From a virus (Duplodnaviria > Caudoviricetes), in the IMG/VR virus record IMGVR_UViG_642918906_000001, positions 128,001 through 192,000 of that record: 64,000 bases of DNA, one strand, 5' to 3'. How positions within the stretch are numbered: position 1 is the first letter of the stretch; the number at the start of each line of letters is the position of its first letter. The notes beneath the pieces were generated by a model, which saw only the letters and a list, made by a program, of their open reading frames with translations, was not told where the DNA came from and ran no database searches. Of the stretch, positions 29,407 to 38,918 are shown piece after piece. The translations under genes were made by a program, and so were the position numbers.

Positions 29407-29970
29407 ATGTTAGTGATGCCTAAAAGCAACGAGCCTTTTAGAATCGCTGGATTTGACCCAGGTGCAAACTTGGGTCTGACTTACCTTGAAGATGCACTGG
29501 ATGGGTCTAACCCTATCGTTCGACGCGTAGAGACAGAGAAGCTGAATCCAGCTGAATATGGCTATAAAGAAATCGCTGAAGTACATGGTAACCGTGTAGT
29601 ACGTCTAATGATCATGTACGACCGCGTGACACAGTTCCTGAGAGAAGTTAAACCGCATGGCGTAGTAGTTGAGGGTAACTACCTCGGACGCTTTGCAAAC
29701 GCGTTTGGATCGCTTGTAGAGTGTGTGCAAGTAATCCGTAGTGCAGTCTATGCCTACGACCCTTTCATGACTTTACACCTCGTCGATCCAACCACAGTCA
29801 AGACTAACATCGGTATGGTCAAGATTCGTGGTACAGACAAAGAAGATGTAAGAAAAGCATTATCTAATTTAAAGTCCCTGGATTGGGATGGTATTAACAT
29901 TGACGATTTGGATGAACACTCCATCGACTCTGTAGCTATTGCCTATTACTACGCTTCGGTTCTACTTTGA
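29407..29970 (+). CDS. RuvC-like Holliday junction resolvase (gp140-like)
   Basis: IAGFDPG, VVVEGNY, PTTVK, DKEDV and DEHSIDSVAIA acidic catalytic motifs. Confidence 0.85.
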   Translation: MLVMPKSNEPFRIAGFDPGANLGLTYLEDALDGSNPIVRRVETEKLNPAEYGYKEIAEVHGNRVVRLMIMYDRVTQFLREVKPHGVVVEGNYLGRFANAFGSLVECVQVIRSAVYAYDPFMTLHLVDPTTVKTNIGMVKIRGTDKEDVRKALSNLKSLDWDGINIDDLDEHSIDSVAIAYYYASVLL

Positions 29971-29982
29971 TTGAGAGGTACC

Positions 29983-30441
29983 ATGTATACATTCATAAAA
30001 GGACTTGGAACCAAATCCATAGTCACCGCAGTATGTGTAATCATCTTGGTTCTCGCTGGAAGTGTACGGTTTCTTTATAATGCTAATAATAGCAAACTTA
30101 CTGAAAACGCTACACTTAAAGCAGACAACGTGGTTATGCAACAAAACGAAGTCTTCACAGAAAAATCAGCTGTTATCACAGACCAGACGGTCACGAAAAT
30201 GGTTGATGATTCAGTGAAGGCTAAAACAGCCACAGAAAAGCTACGTAAAGAGAGTCAGCATGAATATGCCAAGAAAGTCGTACCTGCGGCTTCAGAAGGC
30301 GTTTCGGCAAATAGTGACCCTAATGGGGATGAGCGTGCTGGCATTGTCGCTGGCGGCCTGCTCAAAAACTATTGCCGTATCCGCCCAGAAGACCCCGACT
30401 GCCGTGCCCTCGGTTCTGCTGTTGGATTGCCTGATCGATAA
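29983..30441 (+). CDS. Putative inner-membrane spanin (Rz-like)
   Basis: N-terminal TM helix, coiled-coil body, two C-terminal Cys; overlapped by a lipoprotein ORF in another frame. Confidence 0.7.
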   Translation: MYTFIKGLGTKSIVTAVCVIILVLAGSVRFLYNANNSKLTENATLKADNVVMQQNEVFTEKSAVITDQTVTKMVDDSVKAKTATEKLRKESQHEYAKKVVPAASEGVSANSDPNGDERAGIVAGGLLKNYCRIRPEDPDCRALGSAVGLPDR

Positions 30442-30649
30442 ACCACCAGCAACTTTTGATGCAGTCGTCATGCGACAGCTGTATCCAGATGTTAAGGATG
30501 TTTGGGAAGCCCGGTTCTTGCTTATGTCAGATGCTTATCTATCGCAGACTTCTAACCTAGAGCAATGTGATCTTTCTAAGAAAGCGATACGTAGCTGGAA
30601 CGCACAGCACCTGGAGCTTAACCATGACACTCGAAGAACTACTCAGTGA
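30260..30649 (+). CDS. Putative outer-membrane spanin lipoprotein (Rz1-like)
   Basis: Lipobox LALSLAA|C, Pro-rich segment then LLLDC; overlaps the 3' end of the Rz-like gene. Confidence 0.7.
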   Translation: MNMPRKSYLRLQKAFRQIVTLMGMSVLALSLAACSKTIAVSAQKTPTAVPSVLLLDCLIDKPPATFDAVVMRQLYPDVKDVWEARFLLMSDAYLSQTSNLEQCDLSKKAIRSWNAQHLELNHDTRRTTQ

Positions 30650-31037
30650 TCTTGGTACCGACCCCCTTAGCAATAAGGTTAACGGTGCCCCACTGAGAGC
30701 CAGCATCAACGCCGTATTTAAGAAGCTCGGTATACCGGCCATCGATCAGACGACTTCCAGTGAAGTTATTCTTGAAGCCATTTATGGTTTAGAAGATGAA
30801 ACTGTTAAAGCAACTCTTTTGGGTAAGCGTGTTAGTGAAGCTAAAGGGGTCCTTACTTTAAAGCGGATACTAATGGTAACAGCGATCATTGGAACTATTA
30901 TTGCAATCTCCGTGTTTACACATGTAGTACGTGGTGATCATCCACTGACGGCTGAGGAGATTGACCTTGTTAAAAGTATCGGCGGGGGAGCATTTGACCT
31001 TGTAAAAGAGATCTACATTAAACCTGATGCACAATAA
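30624..31037 (+). CDS. Single-TM membrane protein in lysis region (holin candidate, weak)
   Basis: GGAG RBS; TM ILMVTAIIGTIIAISVF. Confidence 0.55.
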   Translation: MTLEELLSDLGTDPLSNKVNGAPLRASINAVFKKLGIPAIDQTTSSEVILEAIYGLEDETVKATLLGKRVSEAKGVLTLKRILMVTAIIGTIIAISVFTHVVRGDHPLTAEEIDLVKSIGGGAFDLVKEIYIKPDAQ

Positions 31038-31041
31038 AAAT

Positions 31042-31076
31042 AACATAAAGCCACCCCTAACATGGGGTGGCTTTTA
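31042..31076. terminator. Hairpin AAAGCCACCCC-TAACAT-GGGGTGGCTTT
   Basis: 11-bp inverted repeat with 5' CATAAA flank. Confidence 0.8.
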
Positions 31077-31130
31077 TTATGCTATGTAGTCAAAGTAATT
31101 TTTTACATTAGTAACCGTAGAGGACTTCAC

Positions 31131-31682
31131 ATGAGTGATCGTTTTCCCTACAACCTCCCATCGCGTGAGGCGCTTGTAGAACTGGTCCGCCGTTCTGAGA
31201 ATCGACCTGATCTGCGTGACAACTTTGTCACCTTTGAAGATCTGTTTTTCTCACCGACGCTAGTGGAACCCGGTAGAACTTATATTGAAATGGTCGACCT
31301 CATTACGAGTCATAAAGACTGGTTTGAGTTTCGACGTTTGGATCTTGCGGATAATCGGTGTCTTGGTCCAACGATTAATATTATCGTTCAAGGTAATGCC
31401 ACTCCAGCCAATATTGCGCTGGAAATCAACCGTTCACGTAAAATGTCTTTTGGTGAGAGCGACGTTTCGTTCTCCGACGAAGTGATCGCATATACAGGCG
31501 ATTCGTTTGATTACGATTTTACTGCTCTTTCTGGTAGCTACGCTTACTATGGTACAACCAAGGTTAAAGTTACAGTTGTCCCAACATCTCAATGGACACG
31601 CTACACCGAGAGTGATCTGATTCGTTATACTGAAGTTGGTGTTGAACGTGAACTCGAACACAAAGTAAGTAATTGGAGTTAA
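31131..31682 (+). CDS. Virion structural protein ('YxRxDL' family) with C-terminal RYxE repeat peptide
   Basis: GAGGA RBS; ALVELVR and FEFRRLDL motifs; ends RYTESDLIRYTEVGVERELE. Confidence 0.75.
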   Translation: MSDRFPYNLPSREALVELVRRSENRPDLRDNFVTFEDLFFSPTLVEPGRTYIEMVDLITSHKDWFEFRRLDLADNRCLGPTINIIVQGNATPANIALEINRSRKMSFGESDVSFSDEVIAYTGDSFDYDFTALSGSYAYYGTTKVKVTVVPTSQWTRYTESDLIRYTEVGVERELEHKVSNWS

Positions 31683-31687
31683 TTTTA

Positions 31688-32476
31688 ATGATCCTTAAAA
31701 ACGGCTCAAAAGGCGATGACGTTATTCGTCTACAACGTAAACTGATTGGCCTTGGTTATTCCGTTAAAGATGACGGCGTCTTCGGGGACAATACTGAGAA
31801 AGCTGTAAAAGCTGTCCAACTCAGGTTCAATCTAAAGGATGATGGTATCGTAGGGAATAACACATGGGCTGTATTGGATACTCCTACTACAACTCGTCCG
31901 GCACTAACAGATAAAGATTATCAATGGGCTGCCGATTATCTCCAAGTTGATCTACCCGCAGTTAAAGCTGTAAAAGAAGTAGAGGCACCGGCAGGTGGAT
32001 TCTTACCAGATGGTCGAGTGACTATTTTGTATGAACGCCACGTCATGTTTAAACGTCTACGGGTTAATGGAATTAATCCTGAACCGTTTGCAGCAGCTAA
32101 CCCTTCGATTGTCAACAAGAGTACAGGAGGTTATCTTGGTAAATCGGCAGAGTATACGCGTTTAGAGCAGGCTGAAAAGATTGATGAGGTTTCAGCATTA
32201 GAGTCCTGTTCTTGGGGCGCTTATCAGATCATGGGCTATCACTGGAAGCTACTTGGCTTCGGTAGTGTTCATGACTTTTTAGCCAAGATGAAAGAATCTG
32301 AGCGGGGTCAGTTAGAATGTTTTGTCAAATTCATTAAGGCCGACGCAGCGTTGCTTAAAAATCTGCGCGCTAAAGACTGGGCTAAATTCGCGGCTGGTTA
32401 TAATGGACCTAATTATCGTCAGAACAATTATGACGTTAAGTTAGCCAGCGCGTATACAAAGTTCGGTGGAAAATAA
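31688..32476 (+). CDS. Modular endolysin: PG_binding_1 domain plus N-acetylmuramidase (DUF3380-type)
   Basis: LKNGSKGDDVIRLQ...DGVFG..T...DGIVGNNTW, then VKEVE, ILYERH, SWGAYQIMGYHW and FAAGYNGP. Confidence 0.92.
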   Translation: MILKNGSKGDDVIRLQRKLIGLGYSVKDDGVFGDNTEKAVKAVQLRFNLKDDGIVGNNTWAVLDTPTTTRPALTDKDYQWAADYLQVDLPAVKAVKEVEAPAGGFLPDGRVTILYERHVMFKRLRVNGINPEPFAAANPSIVNKSTGGYLGKSAEYTRLEQAEKIDEVSALESCSWGAYQIMGYHWKLLGFGSVHDFLAKMKESERGQLECFVKFIKADAALLKNLRAKDWAKFAAGYNGPNYRQNNYDVKLASAYTKFGGK

Positions 32477-32549
32477 ATACCCAACACTATGAGTCTTATC
32501 CAACTATAAGACAAAATAGTTGCCTACACTATTTCTGAAGGAATGTAAA

Positions 32550-35500
32550 ATGGCTGATCAAAAGAAAGCTGGTATGATTTCTGGCATGTCGCCTCTGGCG
32601 GTACTGACCGGCGATGAGCTGATGGAAGTATCGTCCCGCCAGCCGGACGGTTCTTGGAAAACATTTTCTATTATCGTAAGTAAGATCCGTACCAATGCTG
32701 GTCTGTCTGCTTATGAAGTTGCCGTAGTTAACGGTTTTGTGGGTACTCAAGCTGAATGGCTTGAATCCCTTAATGGTAAATCTGCTTATCAAGTAGCAGT
32801 AGAACTTGGTTATGTCGGTACTGAGGCCGAATGGCTCGAGTCACTCGTAGGTAAATCGGCATACGAAGATGCCGTCGCCCAAGGTTACAATGGCACACTG
32901 TCCGAATGGCTTAACAGTCTCAAAGGGCAGTCAGCGTACCAAATCGCAGTAGCTAATGGTTTTGTTGGCACAGAAGCGGCGTGGCTTGAATCCCTTAAAG
33001 GTCAGTCGGCCTATCAACTGGCTAAGATCATTGATCCAACCGTTGGTACTGAAGAAGAATGGCTAGCAACGCTGGTAGGTAAATCGGCTTATCAGGTCGC
33101 ACTGGACAATGGTTTTGTTGGCACTGAAGCCGCTTGGTTGAAATCCTTGGAAGGTAAATCTTCTTATCAGGTATGGTTATCCATTCCAGGTAACGAAGAC
33201 AAGACCGAAGTAGAGTTCATCGAGGCCATCACAGGCCAGCAAGGTGAAGATGGTAAATCGGCCTACGAAGTGTGGGTTGAGTTACCTGGCAATGCTGGTA
33301 AAACAGAAGCTGAGTTCTTCGAATCGCTTAAAGGCGAGGGGATGACTCAGGCTAAACTGCAAGAACTGCTGGATCTTGGTTATTACACCACCGAAGGTAA
33401 GTTCGTAGTTAAAGGTACCAACAGTGGTATCGTGTCTAACGCCGGTTACCTGAACTTCCTATTCCTGTTTGACAAGCGTCTGAACAACGTTGATTCTTCC
33501 GACCCAGACAAAGTACCGCAACGGTCTGTCGAAATGGGTCGTATGGAAGCAGAGGGTTACTCTTACTGGAAGAATAGCTCGGCACCATCGGACGAAGGTA
33601 CCCTTCCAGCAGTACCAAACTCCGAAGTTCGGCTGTATGACAACGGCCATTTCCAAATTGGTAGCCTGACTGAATACGTTGATTTCGGTGACGGTAGTAA
33701 AGTAACGGTAGTTACTCCAGCCGGTACTAATACCTACGATCTGGCTGAAGCCACTCAAGGTAGCGATGGTAAGTCGGCTTATCAAATCGCAGTAGATAAT
33801 GGATTCACTGGTACTGAAGCAGAATGGCTGCTCAGTCTCAAGGGTACCAACGGTACGAATGGCACCGACGGGACTGATGGACAATCGACATACCAATTAT
33901 GGGAATCCCAAGCTGGTAACCAAGGTAAGTCGGAAGCTGAGTTCCTAGCCTCCATTAAAGGTGAACCGGGCGAGTCAGCTTATCAGCAAGCAGTCGATGA
34001 GGGTTTTGTTGGTACGATTACCGAATGGTTGGCTAGTCTTAAAGGTGACGATGGCCAATCGGCCTATCAGCTTTGGGAAGCTCTCCCAGCCAATACCGGT
34101 AAATCCGAAGAAGAATTCCTTACCAGTCTTGAAGGCGAGTCAGCGTATCAGGTCTGGCTTGGCCAACCGGGTAATGCTGGTAAAACAGAAGTTGAATTTA
34201 TCGCATCCCTGAAAGGGGCTCGTGGTGAACAAGGTTTGTCAGCTTACCAGATTTGGATCAATGCTGGTAACACAGGTAGCGAAGCTGAGTATCTGGCTAG
34301 CCTGAAAGGTCGTGACGGTACTAATGGTACCAACGGCACGAATGGTGAAGACGGCGCAGGTCTCAATGTAGTGGCTACTGTTAGTCAAGAAGACTTCGAC
34401 CAGATCGTACAAGATGGTACCTCGGTACTTGGTGACGCCTATTTCGTAGGCGAGTTCATGTACGTGTTCAACGGTACCGACTGGGTTAAGTCTAACAGCT
34501 TGCAAGGTCCTACCGGTAAAGGTCTGAACTATCTGGGAGTGTGGCCTAACGGTCAGGCTCTGCCATTGGGTCCTACCTATAACGCTGGCGACACCTACAT
34601 GTGGCAAAACAACATGTGGACGCTGATGGAACAGCCTACCCGTGCGTGGGTTGCTACTGGTGTTCCTGGCCCCGCTGGTAAATCTGCCTATCAGGTCTGG
34701 TTGGAACAGCCTGGTAATGCTGGTAAGACTGAAGCGGAATACATTGCCAGTCTGAAAGGTGACAAGGGTGATGAAGGCGACGTCGGTCCAGATGGTCTCT
34801 CCGCTTACCAAGTATGGTTAGCTCTTCCGGGTAATGCTGGTAAGACTGAAGCGGAATACATTGCATCCCTCAAAGGTGCAAAAGGTGATCCTGCTGCGGC
34901 ATTCGAAATCGTTGATCAACTGACCAACGTATCTGAACTGCCTCGACCAGGTACTCCTGCCAATGCATACTACGTTGGTAAAGACCTGTACGTTTGGTTT
35001 GATTCGAAGTCGGACTACGAGAACCTCGGTTCCCTGGATGGCGCTTCCGCTTACCAAATCTGGCTTGAGAACGGCGGTGTTGGTACTGAAGCTGACTTCC
35101 TTGCTTCGCTGAAAGGTACAGATGGCACTAACGGTACGAACGGGACCAATGGTACAGATGGTAAGAACCTGCAAGTAAATGGTACTCAGGCTAACGAAGC
35201 GGCTATTAAAGCATTGCCTGATCCTGTTAGTCAGGATGCATGGGTTGCTGACGATACTGGTAATCTGTGGATCTACAACGGCACCGATTGGTTTGACGCT
35301 GGTCCATTCCGTGGTCCAAAAGGTGAAGACGGTACAGATGGTACCGACGGCACTAATGGTCAATCGACCTACGAATTGTGGGTAGAACAGCCAGGTAACG
35401 CAGGTAAAACAGAAGCTGAGTTCTTGGCTAGCCTGAAAGGCGCTGATGGTACCGACGGTACGAATGGTACTGATGGGCGTAACGTTACCGTGCTTGGTGG

Positions 35501-36992
35501 ATTGTCGTCACTAGGTTCTATCATTGCTCAACCAAATCCTGCTCAGCAGGATGCATGGACTGCAATGGATACTGGTCGTCTGTATATGTACATCGGTACT
35601 ACGTGGACTGACCTTGGTCAATTCCGAGGTAATCCTGGTGCCCAAGGCGAGCAGGGTGTTGCTGGTCAAGGTCTTGTGATCGTACAAGAAGTTGAGCTGC
35701 TTACTGACCTCCCAGCGGCTTCGACTCTTCGCCCAGGTGACGCAGTCTATGTACTGGAAGATCATAAACTGTATCAAGTGAACGATGCTGGTGTATATGG
35801 TCCCGGTATTCAGATCCAAGGCCCTCAAGGTGCGGATGGTGAAATGGGGCCTCAAGGTCCAGCGGGTACCTCCATTACCATCATGGGTTCGTTTGCTGAT
35901 CTTACAGCCCTGCAAGCCGCACACCCTACCGGTGTAGCCGGTGAAGGTTACCTGATCGGTGACGATCTGTACCTGTATGGTGTTAACCCAACTGGCGGTG
36001 CTACCGAGTGGTACAACGCAGGTCCTGTACGTGGTCCCCAAGGCCTTCAGGGTAACCCAGGCCCTCGTGGTCTGCGTGGCTTGATCGGTGAGACTGGTGA
36101 ACGTGGTTCGTTGTGGCTGGTACTGCCTGAAGGTACCGATACGCCAACACCTGAATATGGTCGGTCCGGTGACTGGGCAGTTAACTCGCAGTTCGACTCG
36201 TTCTACAAGGACGCTTCGACTGGCTGGGCACTGATCGGTCGTCTGGTTGCGGGTGACGTTAACTCACCTCTCCCAGGCCTCGGTAAAGTAGTTCGTGAGG
36301 GTACTGAGTGGGTACCGTTGCCAATCGATGAAGTAACTAGTCCTGTAGTAGGTACTCAATACGTACGTGTTGGTATCGCGGGCGGTAAAACTCAATGGGC
36401 TACACTGACGCTTCCATCAGCAGGTGTACCTGAAGTTCCAGCTAACACTACGGTCCCACAGGGTCGTACCTCTGCTGGATGGGTTGCCGTACTGGCTGCC
36501 CCAACAGGTCAAGTTGCAACTACCCGTTACGAATTGCTTAACGGTGTATTCGTAGCTTCGGCAGTTCAAGCAGCAGCGCCTAGCACTACCGATACAGCGC
36601 TGTGCTATTCGGTGACCTCGGCGGGCGTCGGTTCGTGGGTAACTCCAACGTTTAACCGCTACTCGCTGTTGCAGGATACTGCTGCCCGTAACGGTAACTT
36701 CACCCCAGACTTCTCAGTACAACAGACCTTCCGTATTAACGGTGGTACTGGCTCTAACCCGACTGCGGTGACTTTGCCTGCTGGCACTACTGCACGCACT
36801 ATGTTGGCAGTGTTTGTGGTACAAGGTAACACTAACAAGCTTTCGTTTGTTGCTGGTACCGGTAGCCCAACCATTGGATACAACAACGGTGTTGCAGCAG
36901 CTGACATCGAGTACGGTGCTACCCAGACTGTGATTACTGCATTCTGGAACGGCTTCGGCGGCTGGATCATCTCCAAGGGTCCTTCCTACTAA
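32550..36992 (+). CDS. Long repetitive collagen-like fibre protein (gp145/146-like position)
   Basis: ~1480 aa; 18 GxSAY...GTExEWLxSLxG-type repeats, GXY tracts, small knob domains; AAGGA RBS. Confidence 0.85.
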   Translation: MADQKKAGMISGMSPLAVLTGDELMEVSSRQPDGSWKTFSIIVSKIRTNAGLSAYEVAVVNGFVGTQAEWLESLNGKSAYQVAVELGYVGTEAEWLESLVGKSAYEDAVAQGYNGTLSEWLNSLKGQSAYQIAVANGFVGTEAAWLESLKGQSAYQLAKIIDPTVGTEEEWLATLVGKSAYQVALDNGFVGTEAAWLKSLEGKSSYQVWLSIPGNEDKTEVEFIEAITGQQGEDGKSAYEVWVELPGNAGKTEAEFFESLKGEGMTQAKLQELLDLGYYTTEGKFVVKGTNSGIVSNAGYLNFLFLFDKRLNNVDSSDPDKVPQRSVEMGRMEAEGYSYWKNSSAPSDEGTLPAVPNSEVRLYDNGHFQIGSLTEYVDFGDGSKVTVVTPAGTNTYDLAEATQGSDGKSAYQIAVDNGFTGTEAEWLLSLKGTNGTNGTDGTDGQSTYQLWESQAGNQGKSEAEFLASIKGEPGESAYQQAVDEGFVGTITEWLASLKGDDGQSAYQLWEALPANTGKSEEEFLTSLEGESAYQVWLGQPGNAGKTEVEFIASLKGARGEQGLSAYQIWINAGNTGSEAEYLASLKGRDGTNGTNGTNGEDGAGLNVVATVSQEDFDQIVQDGTSVLGDAYFVGEFMYVFNGTDWVKSNSLQGPTGKGLNYLGVWPNGQALPLGPTYNAGDTYMWQNNMWTLMEQPTRAWVATGVPGPAGKSAYQVWLEQPGNAGKTEAEYIASLKGDKGDEGDVGPDGLSAYQVWLALPGNAGKTEAEYIASLKGAKGDPAAAFEIVDQLTNVSELPRPGTPANAYYVGKDLYVWFDSKSDYENLGSLDGASAYQIWLENGGVGTEADFLASLKGTDGTNGTNGTNGTDGKNLQVNGTQANEAAIKALPDPVSQDAWVADDTGNLWIYNGTDWFDAGPFRGPKGEDGTDGTDGTNGQSTYELWVEQPGNAGKTEAEFLASLKGADGTDGTNGTDGRNVTVLGGLSSLGSIIAQPNPAQQDAWTAMDTGRLYMYIGTTWTDLGQFRGNPGAQGEQGVAGQGLVIVQEVELLTDLPAASTLRPGDAVYVLEDHKLYQVNDAGVYGPGIQIQGPQGADGEMGPQGPAGTSITIMGSFADLTALQAAHPTGVAGEGYLIGDDLYLYGVNPTGGATEWYNAGPVRGPQGLQGNPGPRGLRGLIGETGERGSLWLVLPEGTDTPTPEYGRSGDWAVNSQFDSFYKDASTGWALIGRLVAGDVNSPLPGLGKVVREGTEWVPLPIDEVTSPVVGTQYVRVGIAGGKTQWATLTLPSAGVPEVPANTTVPQGRTSAGWVAVLAAPTGQVATTRYELLNGVFVASAVQAAAPSTTDTALCYSVTSAGVGSWVTPTFNRYSLLQDTAARNGNFTPDFSVQQTFRINGGTGSNPTAVTLPAGTTARTMLAVFVVQGNTNKLSFVAGTGSPTIGYNNGVAAADIEYGATQTVITAFWNGFGGWIISKGPSY
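34713..34864 (+). repeat. 35-bp exact direct repeat within fibre gene (34713-34747 and 34830-34864)
   Basis: GGTAATGCTGGTAAGACTGAAGCGGAATACATTGC occurs twice. Confidence 0.85.
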
Positions 36993-36993
36993 G

Positions 36994-37032
36994 ACGACAT
37001 AAAGCCCCTCCTCACGGAGGGGCTTTATGCTG
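36994..37032. terminator. Bidirectional hairpin CATAAAGCCCCTCC-TCAC-GGAGGGGCTTTATG
   Basis: 14-bp perfect inverted repeat between convergent genes. Confidence 0.9.
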
Positions 37033-37758
37033 TTACTTACCATGAACGCTCATCACACTGAAGTATTTAGAGTCGATGAACTCAAAGTCCATGTGTAAGA
37101 GATTCAACATACGGAATGCATTCAGTGATGCCTGCTTCTGGTCAATTGGCGTTTCACTTACGTCCTGCTCAAAGATCTTTGGAGCGATAAAGTTAAAGCA
37201 GTTAAGTTTAACTTTCTCTAACTCAGGTTTATGCATTTTAATCCATTCAGGAAATTCATACATAACACAAGCGGCAAAGTTTTCATTCATTAACTGTGGA
37301 GTCAATTCAGTCATTGGGATACTAACCAACTCAATAGTCAGGGAATCACCGTACAGCTGATGGAATATATCTTCAAGCCAGTCAAGTTCAGTTGAGTTCA
37401 GAACGTATGGCCAGTAGTTAACAGTCATACCCACCGACGTCAAAGGATCAGCCATTTGATTTAAACGGTTGATATGATCGTCAGTTAACAACCTAAGGAT
37501 GAATGGAACAATCCCCGTACGGATAGACCCAGCTAGCGTGGCTTGTGTATTATCGCCGCCACGCTGAGCGTAGGCTTGGGCAAACTCCTCGTTGCTAATG
37601 AGTCCACCACTTAGTCTATCCCAGAAATCATTTTCACGAAGCCAGTATTCTTTATTATTGATAATGGCTTCAGCAGCAGCTGGGTTAATACGGTTGATTG
37701 TACCCAGTCGTGTGTCTAGATGAATGTCTAGTGGAGTAAGGATACGTTTTAATTGCAT
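37033..37758 (-). CDS. Conserved hypothetical protein (gp147-like)
   Basis: 241 aa, LDIHLDTRLGT motif; synteny. Confidence 0.75.
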   Translation of the reverse strand: MQLKRILTPLDIHLDTRLGTINRINPAAAEAIINNKEYWLRENDFWDRLSGGLISNEEFAQAYAQRGGDNTQATLAGSIRTGIVPFILRLLTDDHINRLNQMADPLTSVGMTVNYWPYVLNSTELDWLEDIFHQLYGDSLTIELVSIPMTELTPQLMNENFAACVMYEFPEWIKMHKPELEKVKLNCFNFIAPKIFEQDVSETPIDQKQASLNAFRMLNLLHMDFEFIDSKYFSVMSVHGK

Positions 37759-37760
37759 GA

Positions 37761-38222
37761 TTAACTCTTTTGAGCGTATTCTAAAGTAGTCTCTAATACA
37801 ACTCGCATGTTAGTAGTTGCATACACTACAAAGAACAACCAGTAGTTATCTTTAAGGATCTCGACCAAGTCATGATGTTCAACAGCTTTACCAATTGTTT
37901 CATCATCAACGATCATACTCTTACTGGTGAACGGGATTAATCGTGGTACCATTTGTTCAATGACTTCATCGATGTTATCCACACCCTGCAAGAAGGTAGC
38001 CGTAGTACTGATCAAGGTCTGTTGCATTGAGGTAGGTTTGCGGAACTTTTCCCAAACATACTTTTCAACGTATTTAGAATCCATCATTAGCAAATTGAGA
38101 TCTGAACGGATACCATTCAAGATCTCAATAAACCCAGCACTGTGTGCACTGTCTTCACTTAAGAACAATTCATGGATGGACTCAGTTAACGCAGTACGCA
38201 TTTGTTGATTAGCTTCGTGCAT
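37761..38222 (-). CDS. Hypothetical/virion protein (gp148-like)
   Basis: ATG at 38222, coupled to the upstream RNAP gene. Confidence 0.7.
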   Translation of the reverse strand: MHEANQQMRTALTESIHELFLSEDSAHSAGFIEILNGIRSDLNLLMMDSKYVEKYVWEKFRKPTSMQQTLISTTATFLQGVDNIDEVIEQMVPRLIPFTSKSMIVDDETIGKAVEHHDLVEILKDNYWLFFVVYATTNMRVVLETTLEYAQKS

Positions 38223-38223
38223 A

Positions 38224-38898
38224 TTAAACCAAGTTGTTAGCAAGATGCTGAGCCTTGAGGTAAACCGAAAGAGTCTTGTTAGACTTAACAGTTGAGTCGA
38301 ACTCAGACATAATGGAGTTAATGGAAGCCTCACCAGTTTCGATAATAGATCGGTTCATAGCAAGGTATGCTTGTTCGTCACCACCACGACATTTGATCAA
38401 TTCACGGATCATACTGTGCAGGCCTTTAGAGGCGTTAACCTGAAGCTCAGGAGCGGACAACCTAGCGCCTTTAGAGTCACCGGTAGGCTGACCTGTACGT
38501 TGATCGACAACGTGGTTAGAAGAAGGGATAGAGGCCTTCTTAACGAGCATCTGAACTTGCCTACGGAAAGGTACGATGCCAACCATGTGCTTGTTGGCCG
38601 TTTTATAGACCTGACCAGTTTGTTGGTCCGTTAGGATCAGATGTTGGAACAGTTCAAACTCTAGTTCATCAGCGATATCGTAGATACGCTTCATCTGTAG
38701 AGTTTGTTCCTGTAGGTTCGGTGCGTAAAGAGCCATGATCTCGACATCTGTTTCCAGATTCGCAATCCACTGCTCGAAGTCTTTATCTGACATTCGAGCA
38801 AACAGTTCTTCATAGACCTTCACGTTATCTGAACCGGGAAGGAATTTGTCAATAAAATACAAGGCTTCTTTTTCAGCCTTCTTACGATCGATAGCCAT
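38224..38898 (-). CDS. Virion RNA polymerase beta subunit, C-terminal fragment (phiKZ gp149-like)
   Basis: RRQVQMLVKK, DQRTGQPTGDSKGARLSAPE and ELIKCRGGD resemble the RNAP beta C-terminal region. Confidence 0.88.
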   Translation of the reverse strand: MAIDRKKAEKEALYFIDKFLPGSDNVKVYEELFARMSDKDFEQWIANLETDVEIMALYAPNLQEQTLQMKRIYDIADELEFELFQHLILTDQQTGQVYKTANKHMVGIVPFRRQVQMLVKKASIPSSNHVVDQRTGQPTGDSKGARLSAPELQVNASKGLHSMIRELIKCRGGDEQAYLAMNRSIIETGEASINSIMSEFDSTVKSNKTLSVYLKAQHLANNLV

Positions 38899-38918
38899 GG
38901 TTAGCTCCAGTTAAAGAA

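Noticed and set aside
32690-35480. Periodic repeats as a possible CRISPR array or diversity-generating retroelement template
   Set aside because: The repeats are degenerate at third codon positions and lie inside a coding frame. There is no repeat-spacer structure and no reverse transcriptase in the window.
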